A stretch of DNA of 64,000 nt, taken from the IMG/VR virus record IMGVR_UViG_3300014205_000001, positions 64,001 through 128,000 of that record, one strand, 5' to 3'. Of this stretch, positions 9,253-19,132 are shown in pieces (the stretch's first letter is position 1; every line of letters starts with the position of its first letter). The notes under the pieces were generated by a model. The model ran no database searches. It worked only from the letters and a program-made list of their open reading frames with translations, and was not told the origin of the DNA. The translations under genes and the position numbers were made by a program. The DNA comes from a virus (taxonomy: Duplodnaviria > Heunggongvirae > Uroviricota > Caudoviricetes).

Positions 9253-9836
9253 TGATTGAAGAATTATACGTAATTGAATGCGAAAAAAATCCTGTAGTTG
9301 AATATCTTGAACTTACAAAAACTGAAGAAGAAACTGAAAATTCATTCGCTAAACTTACTTTACAGAAACTGAGCAAACAAATTTTCTTTCCACCTACAAT
9401 TTATGAAGTGGATTTGAAATCGTATGTTGCACATTTTTTAAATACAACAATAAAACCTGATATAGATTTAATTGTCGATTTACAAAATCCCAACACAAAT
9501 GTACCTTTTGAAAGACGGGTATCAATGTTAGTAATTAAAGCTTCAATGCAAATTGCAGTAGAAGGCCGTCATAAACCTGGTAACGTAGTTTTGTGTAATT
9601 CTAAAGTTTCAAAATTATTAACAAGTACTGTTACACCTGATATTAAATTAGTAATAAATGAATTTGTTGATGATAATACTTTATATGTTATCAATAAACA
9701 CGAACCTTATGTAGCTGATAATAAAGACAGAGTTTACGCACCCGGATATTATATTTTTAAAAATTCAGAACAATCAGTAATTAGTAGTATTGGTTTATTT
9801 CCTGAAAGACAAATAAAACGAATTTTCATAAAATGA
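9252..9836 (+). CDS. Hypothetical protein with a segment resembling T4-type major capsid protein
   Basis: KASMQIAVEGRHKPGNVVLCNSKVSKLL recalls the gp23 A..IA..TRRG.GNF.I.S..V..L segment, but the protein is only 194 aa. Confidence 0.4.
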   Translation: MIEELYVIECEKNPVVEYLELTKTEEETENSFAKLTLQKLSKQIFFPPTIYEVDLKSYVAHFLNTTIKPDIDLIVDLQNPNTNVPFERRVSMLVIKASMQIAVEGRHKPGNVVLCNSKVSKLLTSTVTPDIKLVINEFVDDNTLYVINKHEPYVADNKDRVYAPGYYIFKNSEQSVISSIGLFPERQIKRIFIK

Positions 9837-10270
9837 AAACATACAAAGGTAAAATAACCAAATCGATCGTAGGTAGTGGAGTTCTTGTGTTTGGTTCTAA
9901 TACTCAAGGACGACATGGTAAAGGAATTGCAAAATTAGCTTTAAGTGATTTTCATGCAATTTATGGTCAAGCAAAAGGAATGCAAGGTCGTAGTTATGCG
10001 ATTATTACGAAAGACTTAACCAAGTCAGAACATCCTTCAATTAGTGTTCAATATATTATTGAACAAATTAAAAATTTATATTTGTTTGCAATTGAACGAC
10101 CTGAATGGAATTTTTATGTACCTTATTCAGGTACAGGTGAAAATCTCAATTCATACACGCCACAACAATTAGCAGCAATGTTTGCACAATATCCAATACC
10201 TGATAACATTGTGTTCGAAGAAACTTTTGCACAATTAATCAGAGAAATAAAAACTAACTCAATATTCTAA
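9833..10270 (+). CDS. Macro-domain-like phage protein (VFGSN-x-x-G-x-HG-x-G family)
   Basis: VLVFGSNTQGRHGKGIA, G..GRSYAI.TK. Confidence 0.75.
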   Translation: MKTYKGKITKSIVGSGVLVFGSNTQGRHGKGIAKLALSDFHAIYGQAKGMQGRSYAIITKDLTKSEHPSISVQYIIEQIKNLYLFAIERPEWNFYVPYSGTGENLNSYTPQQLAAMFAQYPIPDNIVFEETFAQLIREIKTNSIF

Positions 10271-10317
10271 TGGGAGCATTCGTTATTATACTTATCATTC
10301 TTTTAATTTTAGACTAA

Positions 10318-10662
10318 ATGACATTATCAGATCGACTGATTAAAAAAACTCGTAAACCACATTTATGTTTAATGTGTTCACGTACATTTCCTGCCGGTTC
10401 ATCTTTACGATATTGGGTGGGCTTTAATGAAGACAGAGATTTTTGTCATTCATATTGTTGTCTTACGTGTACCGAAATTTTAAAATATAGTCCTGAACAT
10501 AGTTTCCCTGAAGATTTCGTGAAAGAAATGTTAGACAAAAATGAAACTCCAGAAATGTTACTCGACACAATACTTAAAATCAAAGAACAAGTTGACAACA
10601 GTACACAATCTAAGAACGGAACCACAAAATCAACCTACCGATATTTATATTGGGAGGGGTAG
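10318..10662 (+). CDS. Zn-finger hypothetical protein
   Basis: KTRKPHLCLMC...CLTC. Confidence 0.55.
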   Translation: MTLSDRLIKKTRKPHLCLMCSRTFPAGSSLRYWVGFNEDRDFCHSYCCLTCTEILKYSPEHSFPEDFVKEMLDKNETPEMLLDTILKIKEQVDNSTQSKNGTTKSTYRYLYWEG

Positions 10663-10897
10663 TATTTACGGTAATCCGTTTACACATATTAAGAACAAAG
10701 AAACTAAAGCTCAATTCGTAGTAAAGACACGGAAGGAAGCACTTGAAAAGTATCGTGAATATGTACTACAGAATCCTGAACTGTTAGCCAAACTCAGTCT
10801 ATTAAAGAATAAACGACTGTTTTGTTTTTGTAAACCTAAATCATGTCACGGCGATATAATTGTTGAATTGTTACACCCTAAACCAAGTTTATTTTAA
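10541..10897 (+). CDS. DUF4326 family protein
   Basis: DIYIGRGSIYGNPF and L.CFCKPKSCHGDII; true start is uncertain. Confidence 0.85.
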   Translation: MKLQKCYSTQYLKSKNKLTTVHNLRTEPQNQPTDIYIGRGSIYGNPFTHIKNKETKAQFVVKTRKEALEKYREYVLQNPELLAKLSLLKNKRLFCFCKPKSCHGDIIVELLHPKPSLF

Positions 10898-11298
10898 TGT
10901 GTGTAACAAAGTATTGCCGAAAGCCAGGTTATCGTGGTAATTATTGTCATTCATGTCAAAAACGACGATATAAAGAACGACATCCTGAACGATATGCGTA
11001 TGGTAATTTAAAGCAAAATGCAAAACGCAGAGGTAAAGAATTTACATTAACTTTTGAACAATTTTTAGCATTTGTAATTAAAACAAATTACATGGTAAGT
11101 AAAGGACGTTTCAAAGAAAGTTATCATATCGATCGAATTGATGAAACTAAAGGTTATACAGTTGATAATATACAAGTTATCACAAATACAGAAAACATTC
11201 GTAAGTTTTTGTCTTATAATTATAATGAACAGGGCAAGCCATGTGACTTTAAAATGACGAAATCAGTTCAATTAAAGGATGAGGATTACCCGTTCTAA
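10897..11298 (+). CDS. HNH-like endonuclease with N-terminal Cys cluster
   Basis: HIDRIDETKGYTVDNIQVITNTEN; AKRRGKEFTLT. Confidence 0.7.
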   Translation: MCVTKYCRKPGYRGNYCHSCQKRRYKERHPERYAYGNLKQNAKRRGKEFTLTFEQFLAFVIKTNYMVSKGRFKESYHIDRIDETKGYTVDNIQVITNTENIRKFLSYNYNEQGKPCDFKMTKSVQLKDEDYPF

Positions 11299-11313
11299 AT
11301 TAATATATAAATC

Positions 11314-11637
11314 ATGCAGCAAAGGTTCATCAAATTGACTACAGAAAATGCAGTTATCACAAACACTAAACCCATTGAGAAATTTTTGGCTTCAACATCC
11401 TTTGATTGGTTGTTGAATTGTGAATTAGACAATGTGGAATTAGAAATTAAGGATAATATTCTGTATTGGAAAAAAGGTGTGATGTATTGGGGCGATTGGA
11501 AATGGGGAGTATGGGAAAGTGGCGAATTTCGTTCAGGTACTTGGCATGGTGGTATTCTGTTAGGTGGAACTGTGAAAGCAAAATGGCTGAATGGCGTAGA
11601 TAAAACAAAACAAACCAATCAGCAGGAAAAAGTATAA
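11314..11637 (+). CDS. WxxG pentapeptide-repeat protein
   Basis: WKKG VMYWG DWKWG VWESG EFRSG TWHGG periodicity; late motif upstream. Confidence 0.6.
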   Translation: MQQRFIKLTTENAVITNTKPIEKFLASTSFDWLLNCELDNVELEIKDNILYWKKGVMYWGDWKWGVWESGEFRSGTWHGGILLGGTVKAKWLNGVDKTKQTNQQEKV

Positions 11638-11649
11638 TAACTTTTAGCT

Positions 11650-12105
11650 ATGAAAAAAGTTAAGGATGTTGAAAAATTGCTTTACAAAAATGATTCAATA
11701 TCTCTAGTTCGTATCGATGATTTACTTCATCTTTACAACGATGTAGTTTCCTACAATGAGATATTTGATATTTTGATTTATGGTATTAAAAATAATATTA
11801 AAGATGAAGATTTTTGGAAAATAAAGGTAACTGCTACTGATATTAATAATGCCAAAATGATTAACTTAATATGGTATTTAAGTGGAGATAATAAAGTGTG
11901 GACAGATAATAGAATCTACAAAAAAGATTGGGTCGACATGTTAGATGTATTTCATTTACATTTAGGTGAACGTATCCATAAGATATTGAAACAAACTTCG
12001 TTAAAAGAACTTAAAAAACGAATGATGAACAGAATATCAATTGAAGATTTTTATGAAGTCGCAATGCAACAAAATTTAGTTCATAGTAACGAAACAACAA
12101 TATAA
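11650..12105 (+). CDS. Hypothetical protein
   Basis: Intact ORF in the operon. Confidence 0.55.
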   Translation: MKKVKDVEKLLYKNDSISLVRIDDLLHLYNDVVSYNEIFDILIYGIKNNIKDEDFWKIKVTATDINNAKMINLIWYLSGDNKVWTDNRIYKKDWVDMLDVFHLHLGERIHKILKQTSLKELKKRMMNRISIEDFYEVAMQQNLVHSNETTI

Positions 12106-12962
12106 TGACAATACTAACAAAACAAAGATTAACGGAATTGACAAAAGATGCAATGCCTAAAAAAGAAATTTCATGGGTTGACCTTGATCATACATTAATC
12201 TTAACAGATGCTAAATGGTGGATTCTGGACAAGAACAAACCTGATACATATTTGTTTCGTGTTTCACAATATGAAGGTACATTAATCCGTACAGGTTTTC
12301 ATAAAGGTGACAACTTACCTATTTATTATAATGGAATTGGTGGATTTTTAAGTAAAGAAATTTGGGATAAAATCCTTAAAATTAAAAAGTTTACGTTAGA
12401 AGACATTGGTGTAAGTTATCGTGAATATACAGATGAAAATTTAATCAATGAACATCTAACCAATTGTATATTTTTTATTGAACGATTCAAAGAAATTAAA
12501 GATCATACTGTTAATATTCTTACAGCTCGTGGCAACAAAGACGGTCACAAAGGAATGATTAATGTAATTGAAACAAAAATGGCTGAAAAAGGTCTTAAAT
12601 TACACGAATCCTATTTTGTAAATGACCCCAAACAAATTAATTTTGGAACTAATTCTGCAGAAAAGAAATTGTTATGTATCATTGAAAAAATTGTAGGATA
12701 TAAAATACATGATTCAGAATTTACACATATCGTCGATGAAACGTACGATGTAAGTAACTTTTTTGATGACGAGGATATAAATATTAGTATTTGTAAAGAT
12801 ATTAATAAATTCATTCGTTTCCTATTAGATAATAGCGAAGAATGGCTACAAGAAAAAATTAGAGTTAGTTTAAATAGCCGTAAACCTATTTTACGTACTC
12901 ATTTAATTAATTCAAATGAAATGAATCCATTTTATACAGAAGAAATAAAAATAGAAATATAA
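12105..12962 (+). CDS. HAD-fold phage protein
   Basis: VDLDHTL, ILTARG, FFDDEDIN. Confidence 0.65.
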   Translation: MTILTKQRLTELTKDAMPKKEISWVDLDHTLILTDAKWWILDKNKPDTYLFRVSQYEGTLIRTGFHKGDNLPIYYNGIGGFLSKEIWDKILKIKKFTLEDIGVSYREYTDENLINEHLTNCIFFIERFKEIKDHTVNILTARGNKDGHKGMINVIETKMAEKGLKLHESYFVNDPKQINFGTNSAEKKLLCIIEKIVGYKIHDSEFTHIVDETYDVSNFFDDEDINISICKDINKFIRFLLDNSEEWLQEKIRVSLNSRKPILRTHLINSNEMNPFYTEEIKIEI

Positions 12963-13116
12963 TGTTAATTGAATACGAAATAATTGATATAACAATAGAA
13001 TCAGCATTTGCACCACAACTTGGTATTGCTGAAAGATATAAATAGTCGCCCTGATCAAGTGGGGCACTTAGGACCCGTTATAGTTAACGGTACAAATTAT
13101 TTAATTAATTTGGAAG

Positions 13117-13150
13117 ACCAATAGAATTCGCTACTCTATTGGTTTTTTTT
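13117..13150 (+). terminator. Rho-independent terminator
   Basis: ACCAATAGA-loop-TCTATTGGT followed by a T tract. Confidence 0.8.
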
Positions 13151-13257
13151 ATATTGTAGATGTTTTTAAGATTAGTAGTTTTGTAAATTGTGTAATATGT
13201 CATAAATGAAACGTTTTGTTTTAATATATATCTTAAAATAAAACATTTTTTATCAAA

Positions 13258-14088
13258 ATGACAAAAATTAAACACTTTAGAAATATACCTAATACAAGAT
13301 CATCTCATTCTGAATATGTTCTGAATCACAATGAATTAATAGAATATTCACAATGTTATAATTCTATTGATAAATTTTTAGGTACAGTAAGTTTTACTCC
13401 TAATTCAAGATATAAAATAGCATTATATAAATATCAAAAAGAAATTATTGATCATTATCAGCAATATAGATATCGTATTGAAATGTTTTCAAGACAAATG
13501 GAAATGGATAAACTTATGGCTGGTGTATATCTTTGGCAAATGATTTTTAATCCTTCTTATAAAATTATAATATTTGGTTTTAATCGTGATTCAGTTGCAA
13601 AATATTACGATGATATTTTAAATTTATATAAAGGAGTACCATATTATATGCAACCCGGATTAATAACATTAAGTAATGCTAAAAAAATAGAATTTGATAA
13701 TGGGTCTTGTATCGAATTTGCAGTATATAAAAAAAATATAGCATTAGGAAAAAACTATTCAAATTATATTTTTATTGATGCAGCATATTTTTTACATTTT
13801 GAATCTTTTTTTAAATCTATTTATCCAACAATTTCAGCAAGTAAAGATACATCAATTACAATCAATTCGACACCCAATGGGTTAAATTATTTTTATGATT
13901 TAGTTACAGGCTCTGAATTATTCGAAGGCGATCCTTTAAAAAATAGTTTTAATTGTAAACGAGCATATTGGTTTGAAGTTCCGGGTCAAAACAACGAAGA
14001 ATGGAGACTTAAAACAATTAAAGATTTAGGTTCAGAAGAATTGTTTAATAGAGAATATAATTTAATGTTTGTAACAAGTAATAAATAG
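13258..14088 (+). CDS. Degenerate large-terminase (gp17-like) ATPase-domain-only paralog
   Basis: LYKYQ, SRQ, P.YMQPG, IEFDNGS, STPNGLNYFYDL and FNREY match gp17. The Walker A GKT is replaced by EMD, the Walker B Glu is missing, and there is no nuclease domain. Confidence 0.85.
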   Translation: MTKIKHFRNIPNTRSSHSEYVLNHNELIEYSQCYNSIDKFLGTVSFTPNSRYKIALYKYQKEIIDHYQQYRYRIEMFSRQMEMDKLMAGVYLWQMIFNPSYKIIIFGFNRDSVAKYYDDILNLYKGVPYYMQPGLITLSNAKKIEFDNGSCIEFAVYKKNIALGKNYSNYIFIDAAYFLHFESFFKSIYPTISASKDTSITINSTPNGLNYFYDLVTGSELFEGDPLKNSFNCKRAYWFEVPGQNNEEWRLKTIKDLGSEELFNREYNLMFVTSNK

Positions 14089-14144
14089 ACCTATCAAGGG
14101 ACTGCAGTTCTTGCAATATATAAAGTTATAAAATCAATCTAACT

Positions 14145-15116
14145 ATGCAAGAAAACGAAGATCACTTAATGAATTTTATCAAAGATTCAGAGACAAATAA
14201 ACCCAATCAAATGCAAGAAGTTAACCAGAACATGGAACAGTTCGGTAATAATACTCGTCAAAAAGTAGATAAAATCGAAGCTACTTCTGATTGGTTAGAA
14301 ATTCCTTTGCATTATTTACCGTATAACAAATTTTACAAACCAGGAACACGAATTTTGTTACGTCCAGCAAAAACTGCCGAAATTGAATCCTTTGCAGTAA
14401 TTAACGAAAAAAATGAATATGACGTGATCATGAAAACTAACGAAATGTTAGCTGCGTGTTCACAAGTATTATTTGCTGATGGTACAAAAGGTAGTTATCG
14501 TGAAATTCAAAATGGTGATCGTATCACGTTAATTATTTTGATTGCAAAGATGAGTGCAAAGAAAGGACGTAGTATTTCAAAAATCATTACATGTGATTGT
14601 AAAACAGATGTAACTTTAGAGTTCATTCCTGCTAATTACGAATATGCTACTGAAGACGAAGATATTGCACCATATTTTAATCCTAGTTTAGGTATCTATG
14701 AATTTCCTTTAGAATCAGGAGCGGATGTGAAATTAGCACCCCCAACAATAGGTATTCAAGAAGATATTAGTAATTATATTTTCGTACAGACAATGAAAAG
14801 TGGAGGTAAGAAATTACCTAACTTAGCATTTATGCAGACAATTCCTTCAATGAAAGCAGGTTTACGTGTTTCTAAAAAAATGACACCTGAACAATTAGAA
14901 CAAGAAGAATATAACTTTAGTAAAATGAATAGTGATATGTTTATTTTCGCCCACGACGTTGTAATGAATAAAATGGATTTTGGTGTAAAATCTGTGAAAT
15001 GTTCATGTCCAAATTGTGGAGAGGAGGTGCGGGCCGAATTTGGCTATCCCGACGGACCTAGAGCTCTTTTCATTGTTCCTAATCCCTTTAAACAATTTAT
15101 TAGACAATCAGTTTGA
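14145..15116 (+). CDS. T4 gp26-like baseplate hub/tail assembly protein
   Basis: LP..KFY..GT.I.LRPA...EI, GDR..LI.LI, Cys pairs CDC and CPNCG. Confidence 0.55.
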   Translation: MQENEDHLMNFIKDSETNKPNQMQEVNQNMEQFGNNTRQKVDKIEATSDWLEIPLHYLPYNKFYKPGTRILLRPAKTAEIESFAVINEKNEYDVIMKTNEMLAACSQVLFADGTKGSYREIQNGDRITLIILIAKMSAKKGRSISKIITCDCKTDVTLEFIPANYEYATEDEDIAPYFNPSLGIYEFPLESGADVKLAPPTIGIQEDISNYIFVQTMKSGGKKLPNLAFMQTIPSMKAGLRVSKKMTPEQLEQEEYNFSKMNSDMFIFAHDVVMNKMDFGVKSVKCSCPNCGEEVRAEFGYPDGPRALFIVPNPFKQFIRQSV

Positions 15117-15336
15117 GTTCATGATGCAAACTCACCAACAAAATAGTGAGATCATGAAGTTACCGTATTGGAAATTTGAATTGTTCATTGAACGTTTAAA
15201 TAAACGAAACGAAGAATTAGATAAACGTAATCGTAAAGAAGCTGAAGAACAAAAGAAACAACAATCACAAATGGGAAGTTTAGGAAACGTTAATCCTAGT
15301 TCCTTTATGAATAAATTTAAAAGCCCTAAATTTTAA
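15073..15336 (+). CDS. Small tail/baseplate assembly ORF overlapping the upstream gene in the +1 frame
   Basis: EIMKLPYWKFELFIERL resembles tail-assembly-chaperone C-terminal motifs. Start is ambiguous (GTG 15016, TTG 15073, ATG 15121). Confidence 0.5.
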   Translation: MFLIPLNNLLDNQFEFMMQTHQQNSEIMKLPYWKFELFIERLNKRNEELDKRNRKEAEEQKKQQSQMGSLGNVNPSSFMNKFKSPKF

Positions 15337-15389
15337 TAAATTTAGGGTTTTTTAATATATACAGATATAAAAACATCTAATCAGCACAA

Positions 15390-16331
15390 ATGATTACAAA
15401 TTTAAACGATTTCCGTAAAAAATTAAATGAAAATCACATGGATTTTCCAAGCCCTGAACAAAATCCGTCTCCAACAGACAATCCGTCTCCGGCTGAAAAT
15501 CCAAGTCAACAAGAACAAGTTGATAATACTGTAACTTTACGTAATGCTTTAAATAATTTATTAAAACAAAATGATCAATACTTTATTGAAATGTATATTC
15601 GTGGATATAATTTACACAGTGGAGGAGCATCCGAACATGAAACTGATCCTAGTTTTTTAAATGGTATGGTTAGAGAATCACGTTCTGATATTAGATATGT
15701 ATTGTCTGAATTTGAAGAATTTTATGAACAAATGATGGCAACTGAAAAATTTGACATTATTGTTAATGATGGCGATAAATTAATGTCTGCATGTGCAGCA
15801 TACGCAAATGGTGCTGATTTGTTAGATTTTGTTCATTTAGAAAAAAGAATGATTAAAGAAGGAAATGCTACAGTAACGATTCCTGGTGTGACAACTACGG
15901 AACAATTAGCAGCACATATTATGCAAGGAGTACAAAAAGCAATGGACGTATTTACTGCACAACAAAAAATGCCTAAAATTACTGTATCTGTTAAAGGAGA
16001 ATATTTAAATGGATTATCCCAAACTTTTACAGAAGATGAATTAGGAGTATTTAAACACGGTGTTAAACACGCACAAATACAGATTAGTAATGCATCAAAA
16101 TTAAATATTGAAGAATCAGGTATGGTTGGTCAAATCGTTTGGGGAACTTTTAGTTTACGTTATGAAGTTCTTTCAGGTGGTAGTAATGGAGTTCCTTATA
16201 TGTATACTGATAAAGATGATCAGTTTATGTATGACATTGCAGCTAATAAATTTTTTACACGTAATGACTATTTTTCCTCGTTAAAAGAAAAACGTGTTAC
16301 AGGTTATAATACAAAAAGAAATGTTAAATAA
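15390..16331 (+). CDS. Leader-bearing late protein (MITNLNDFRKKLNE)
   Basis: Shared leader; PSPEQN/PSPTDN/PSPAEN repeats; late motif at 15353. Confidence 0.6.
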   Translation: MITNLNDFRKKLNENHMDFPSPEQNPSPTDNPSPAENPSQQEQVDNTVTLRNALNNLLKQNDQYFIEMYIRGYNLHSGGASEHETDPSFLNGMVRESRSDIRYVLSEFEEFYEQMMATEKFDIIVNDGDKLMSACAAYANGADLLDFVHLEKRMIKEGNATVTIPGVTTTEQLAAHIMQGVQKAMDVFTAQQKMPKITVSVKGEYLNGLSQTFTEDELGVFKHGVKHAQIQISNASKLNIEESGMVGQIVWGTFSLRYEVLSGGSNGVPYMYTDKDDQFMYDIAANKFFTRNDYFSSLKEKRVTGYNTKRNVK

Positions 16332-16377
16332 TAGAATAATATTTCACATTTAAAAATATAATTATACAATTGTAATA

Positions 16378-17529
16378 ATGATCACGAAAATCAAACAATT
16401 CATGTCTTCAATTTTTGAAAAAGCCATGTCATACGACGATGCTAATAACATCATTGTAGTTCGTGAGATGACAAAAAAGGAAATTAAAATTGTATTATAT
16501 GATCATGTAACTCAAGCTATTCATGGTTATATGTGGGCAACTAATTACAAAAACGAATATTATATCGTTGAAAGAATTGGTGCAGATAAAGGTTGGGGAC
16601 CATTTTTATACGAATTGTTAATGCAGTCGATTTATCCTTTAGGTTTGAAACCTTCAGAAATGATTCGTCCTGAAGCAATTAACGTATGGAAAAAATTTCA
16701 ACAAAATCCTAACATTGAAACTCAACCTATCAATTCAACGTCATTAAACTATGCTGTCGCATGGAAGCCTGATGAATTTGCTGAACCTATCGTAGGTGCA
16801 CCTGAATTAGGAATTATTAATCAGATTTATAAATTACATCCGTATAATTATTTCCGACCTTATGTGGAAGAATCGGAACAAATTATTAAAAATAACAATA
16901 TTAGTAAAACGACAGTATTCAAACACGCATTAGATTTCTTTCAATCAAAATATTATGTTGAATCATTTGTATTAGAAACATTGAATATCCCTAATAAGGA
17001 CATTACTGACAAGTATTTAATAATAAACAAAGAAAACAATACCATTCAATTTTTAATTCAAGATAAATCAAAAATTTATGGTTATGCTGAATTAACAAAT
17101 GATGGTAAATATTATCAAACTAAAAACATTGCAGCTGAATCAGGATGGGGACCTTTCTTATATGATACAGTAATGTTAATGTTAGATAAACCAATTCATC
17201 CTTCTGTATCATTAACAACAGATTCATTTAACGTAATTAATAACTATTTACATAATCGTCCTGATGTCATTAAAAGTTTATATCCAGGTAAGTTATATAA
17301 AGCACTTGATTATAATAACAAAATGACTCAAGATGAAAAGTATTATAAAGTATTGAATTATACTTATACTATTCATAATACTGAACGTCGTGAAAATATC
17401 ACTAATTGGTATAATCAATCATTAAAATTCGAACAACAACTTACAGCATCACTTCCCAATTGGAAACACATACGTTTTGAACAAGCAAAACGTTGGTTTA
17501 ATATGCAGTATTTATCTGTCGCAGCATAA
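16378..17529 (+). CDS. Leader-bearing protein with two tandem GNAT-like domains
   Basis: IGADKGWGPFLYELLM and IAAESGWGPFLYDTVM internal duplication. Confidence 0.55.
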   Translation: MITKIKQFMSSIFEKAMSYDDANNIIVVREMTKKEIKIVLYDHVTQAIHGYMWATNYKNEYYIVERIGADKGWGPFLYELLMQSIYPLGLKPSEMIRPEAINVWKKFQQNPNIETQPINSTSLNYAVAWKPDEFAEPIVGAPELGIINQIYKLHPYNYFRPYVEESEQIIKNNNISKTTVFKHALDFFQSKYYVESFVLETLNIPNKDITDKYLIINKENNTIQFLIQDKSKIYGYAELTNDGKYYQTKNIAAESGWGPFLYDTVMLMLDKPIHPSVSLTTDSFNVINNYLHNRPDVIKSLYPGKLYKALDYNNKMTQDEKYYKVLNYTYTIHNTERRENITNWYNQSLKFEQQLTASLPNWKHIRFEQAKRWFNMQYLSVAA

Positions 17530-17582
17530 ACAAATTTTCATAGTAATTATATAAAGCATATAATTGTTATATAAAATTTACT

Positions 17583-18457
17583 ATGCCTACTTCCAAACAT
17601 CGCAAGAAACACAAAGTTAAAGTTAAACAACGTAGAAATAATATTGCTCAGCAAAAAAATGCTTACAATAAACAACTACAACAATACGAAGACCAAGTTG
17701 CAAAAATCAACGAGCAATACAAAGAGCATATTGCGGCAGGTGGCAAACCTGAAGATTTTAATCCTTTAAAACAACTGTTGGGTAATTTACCTCTTGCAGA
17801 AGAAACTGCTGAAAATGATACTCCTGCAGACTTTGAAGGTAACAGTTCTGGACCTGAATTTGAAGATGCAGTTGAAGTAAACGAATCTAACAATGAAGAC
17901 TAATATGGTCGTATGCGTTGATGGTGATGGTCACTTTCATGTGAATCCATTAAATCAACGTCATAAAGTAATTGAATCCATTAAAAAGATTCACGATGGT
18001 GATTACTTATCAAACATGTTAGATGAATTGCCAGAAAATTTCTTAACCAATTATTTAAACTTTACAGCTGAATATTGGAAAGAAACAATCGCACAATTTG
18101 TACAGCGTGGAACTTTAGAAATTATAGAAATCGAAAATGCATAAATTAACACTTTACTATTCCGTTTCCAATGGTGGTGACGGATCAGCTTATCCACAAT
18201 TTTCATTGAATGAAGAATTAGTTGATATTCATCAAGAAATACAAAACGAATTACATGGTGAAGGTTGGGGAGAACCTTGTACAGGTTCAATTGAATTGGA
18301 ATCAGAATCACCTATTAAAGTTTCTCAATCACAAATTTCAATTACAAAAGCAAGTTTATTGGAAACAGTTGAATATTATATAGCAGATTCTAAAAGAGAA
18401 TCTGTTAAGAAAATTGCACAGCAATTCAAAGAACAAATTGAAAAAGTAATTGAATAA
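17583..18457 (+). CDS. Three small hypothetical genes (17583-17903, 17893-18144, 18137-18457)
   Basis: Overlapping-start operon after the TAAAC-N17-ATATAA promoter at 17527. Confidence 0.55.
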
Positions 18458-18879
18458 TGAGAAGAGGACTATTAATAGAAGATGACATTGACGGTTTAAA
18501 TCGTGCCAAACGTTGTGCTCCTAACAAAGAAACTTTAGATGTATATAATGCACCTGATATTGAATGGACTTGGGTAAAAACTTACGATCAATTTTGTAAA
18601 CACTTACTCAAATTTGGCATCCCAGATGTATTTGCATTTGATCATGATTTAAGTGACGATAGTTATGAACTTTGGCACAAACATGGTGGTTATATCAAAG
18701 AAGATATTAACTACGAAGAATACAAAGAAAAAACAGGCTATCACTGTGCACACTTTTTAGTAAATTTGTGTATGGATAGTAACATTAAACTCACAGCGGA
18801 AGTATATTCACATTCCATGAATACAAAAGGGCGTGAAAACATTTTAGCATTAATTAGTAACTTTAAAAAACATCAGTAA
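18457..18879 (+). CDS. Cyclic-phosphate-processing receiver-like domain protein
   Basis: LLIEDD, W.WVKTYDQF, AFDHDL, EKTGY, HSMN..GRENI. Confidence 0.78.
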   Translation: MRRGLLIEDDIDGLNRAKRCAPNKETLDVYNAPDIEWTWVKTYDQFCKHLLKFGIPDVFAFDHDLSDDSYELWHKHGGYIKEDINYEEYKEKTGYHCAHFLVNLCMDSNIKLTAEVYSHSMNTKGRENILALISNFKKHQ

Positions 18880-19132
18880 TATGAAAAAGAAGTACGAATG
18901 CCTTATGGCTTGGTTAGCAGATCACAATATCAAATCTAAATCTTCACGGTAGTGAAATTAGAAGATTGGCATATTAAAGCAATGCAGTGGTCGAACGACC
19001 ATGACGACCATGTGCAAGCTTTAATTAAAAATGCTAAAAGTTCTTATCCTCCCACTTTAAGTGAAGATATAAACAATCCTGCTTTATGGAAAGCAGAACA
19101 TTGGTTATGGTTCATTACAGCAATATCAAGTC

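Noticed and set aside
10897-11298. Group I intron or intein around the HNH-like gene
   Set aside because: The flanking ORFs are complete and unrelated, so the gene appears free-standing.
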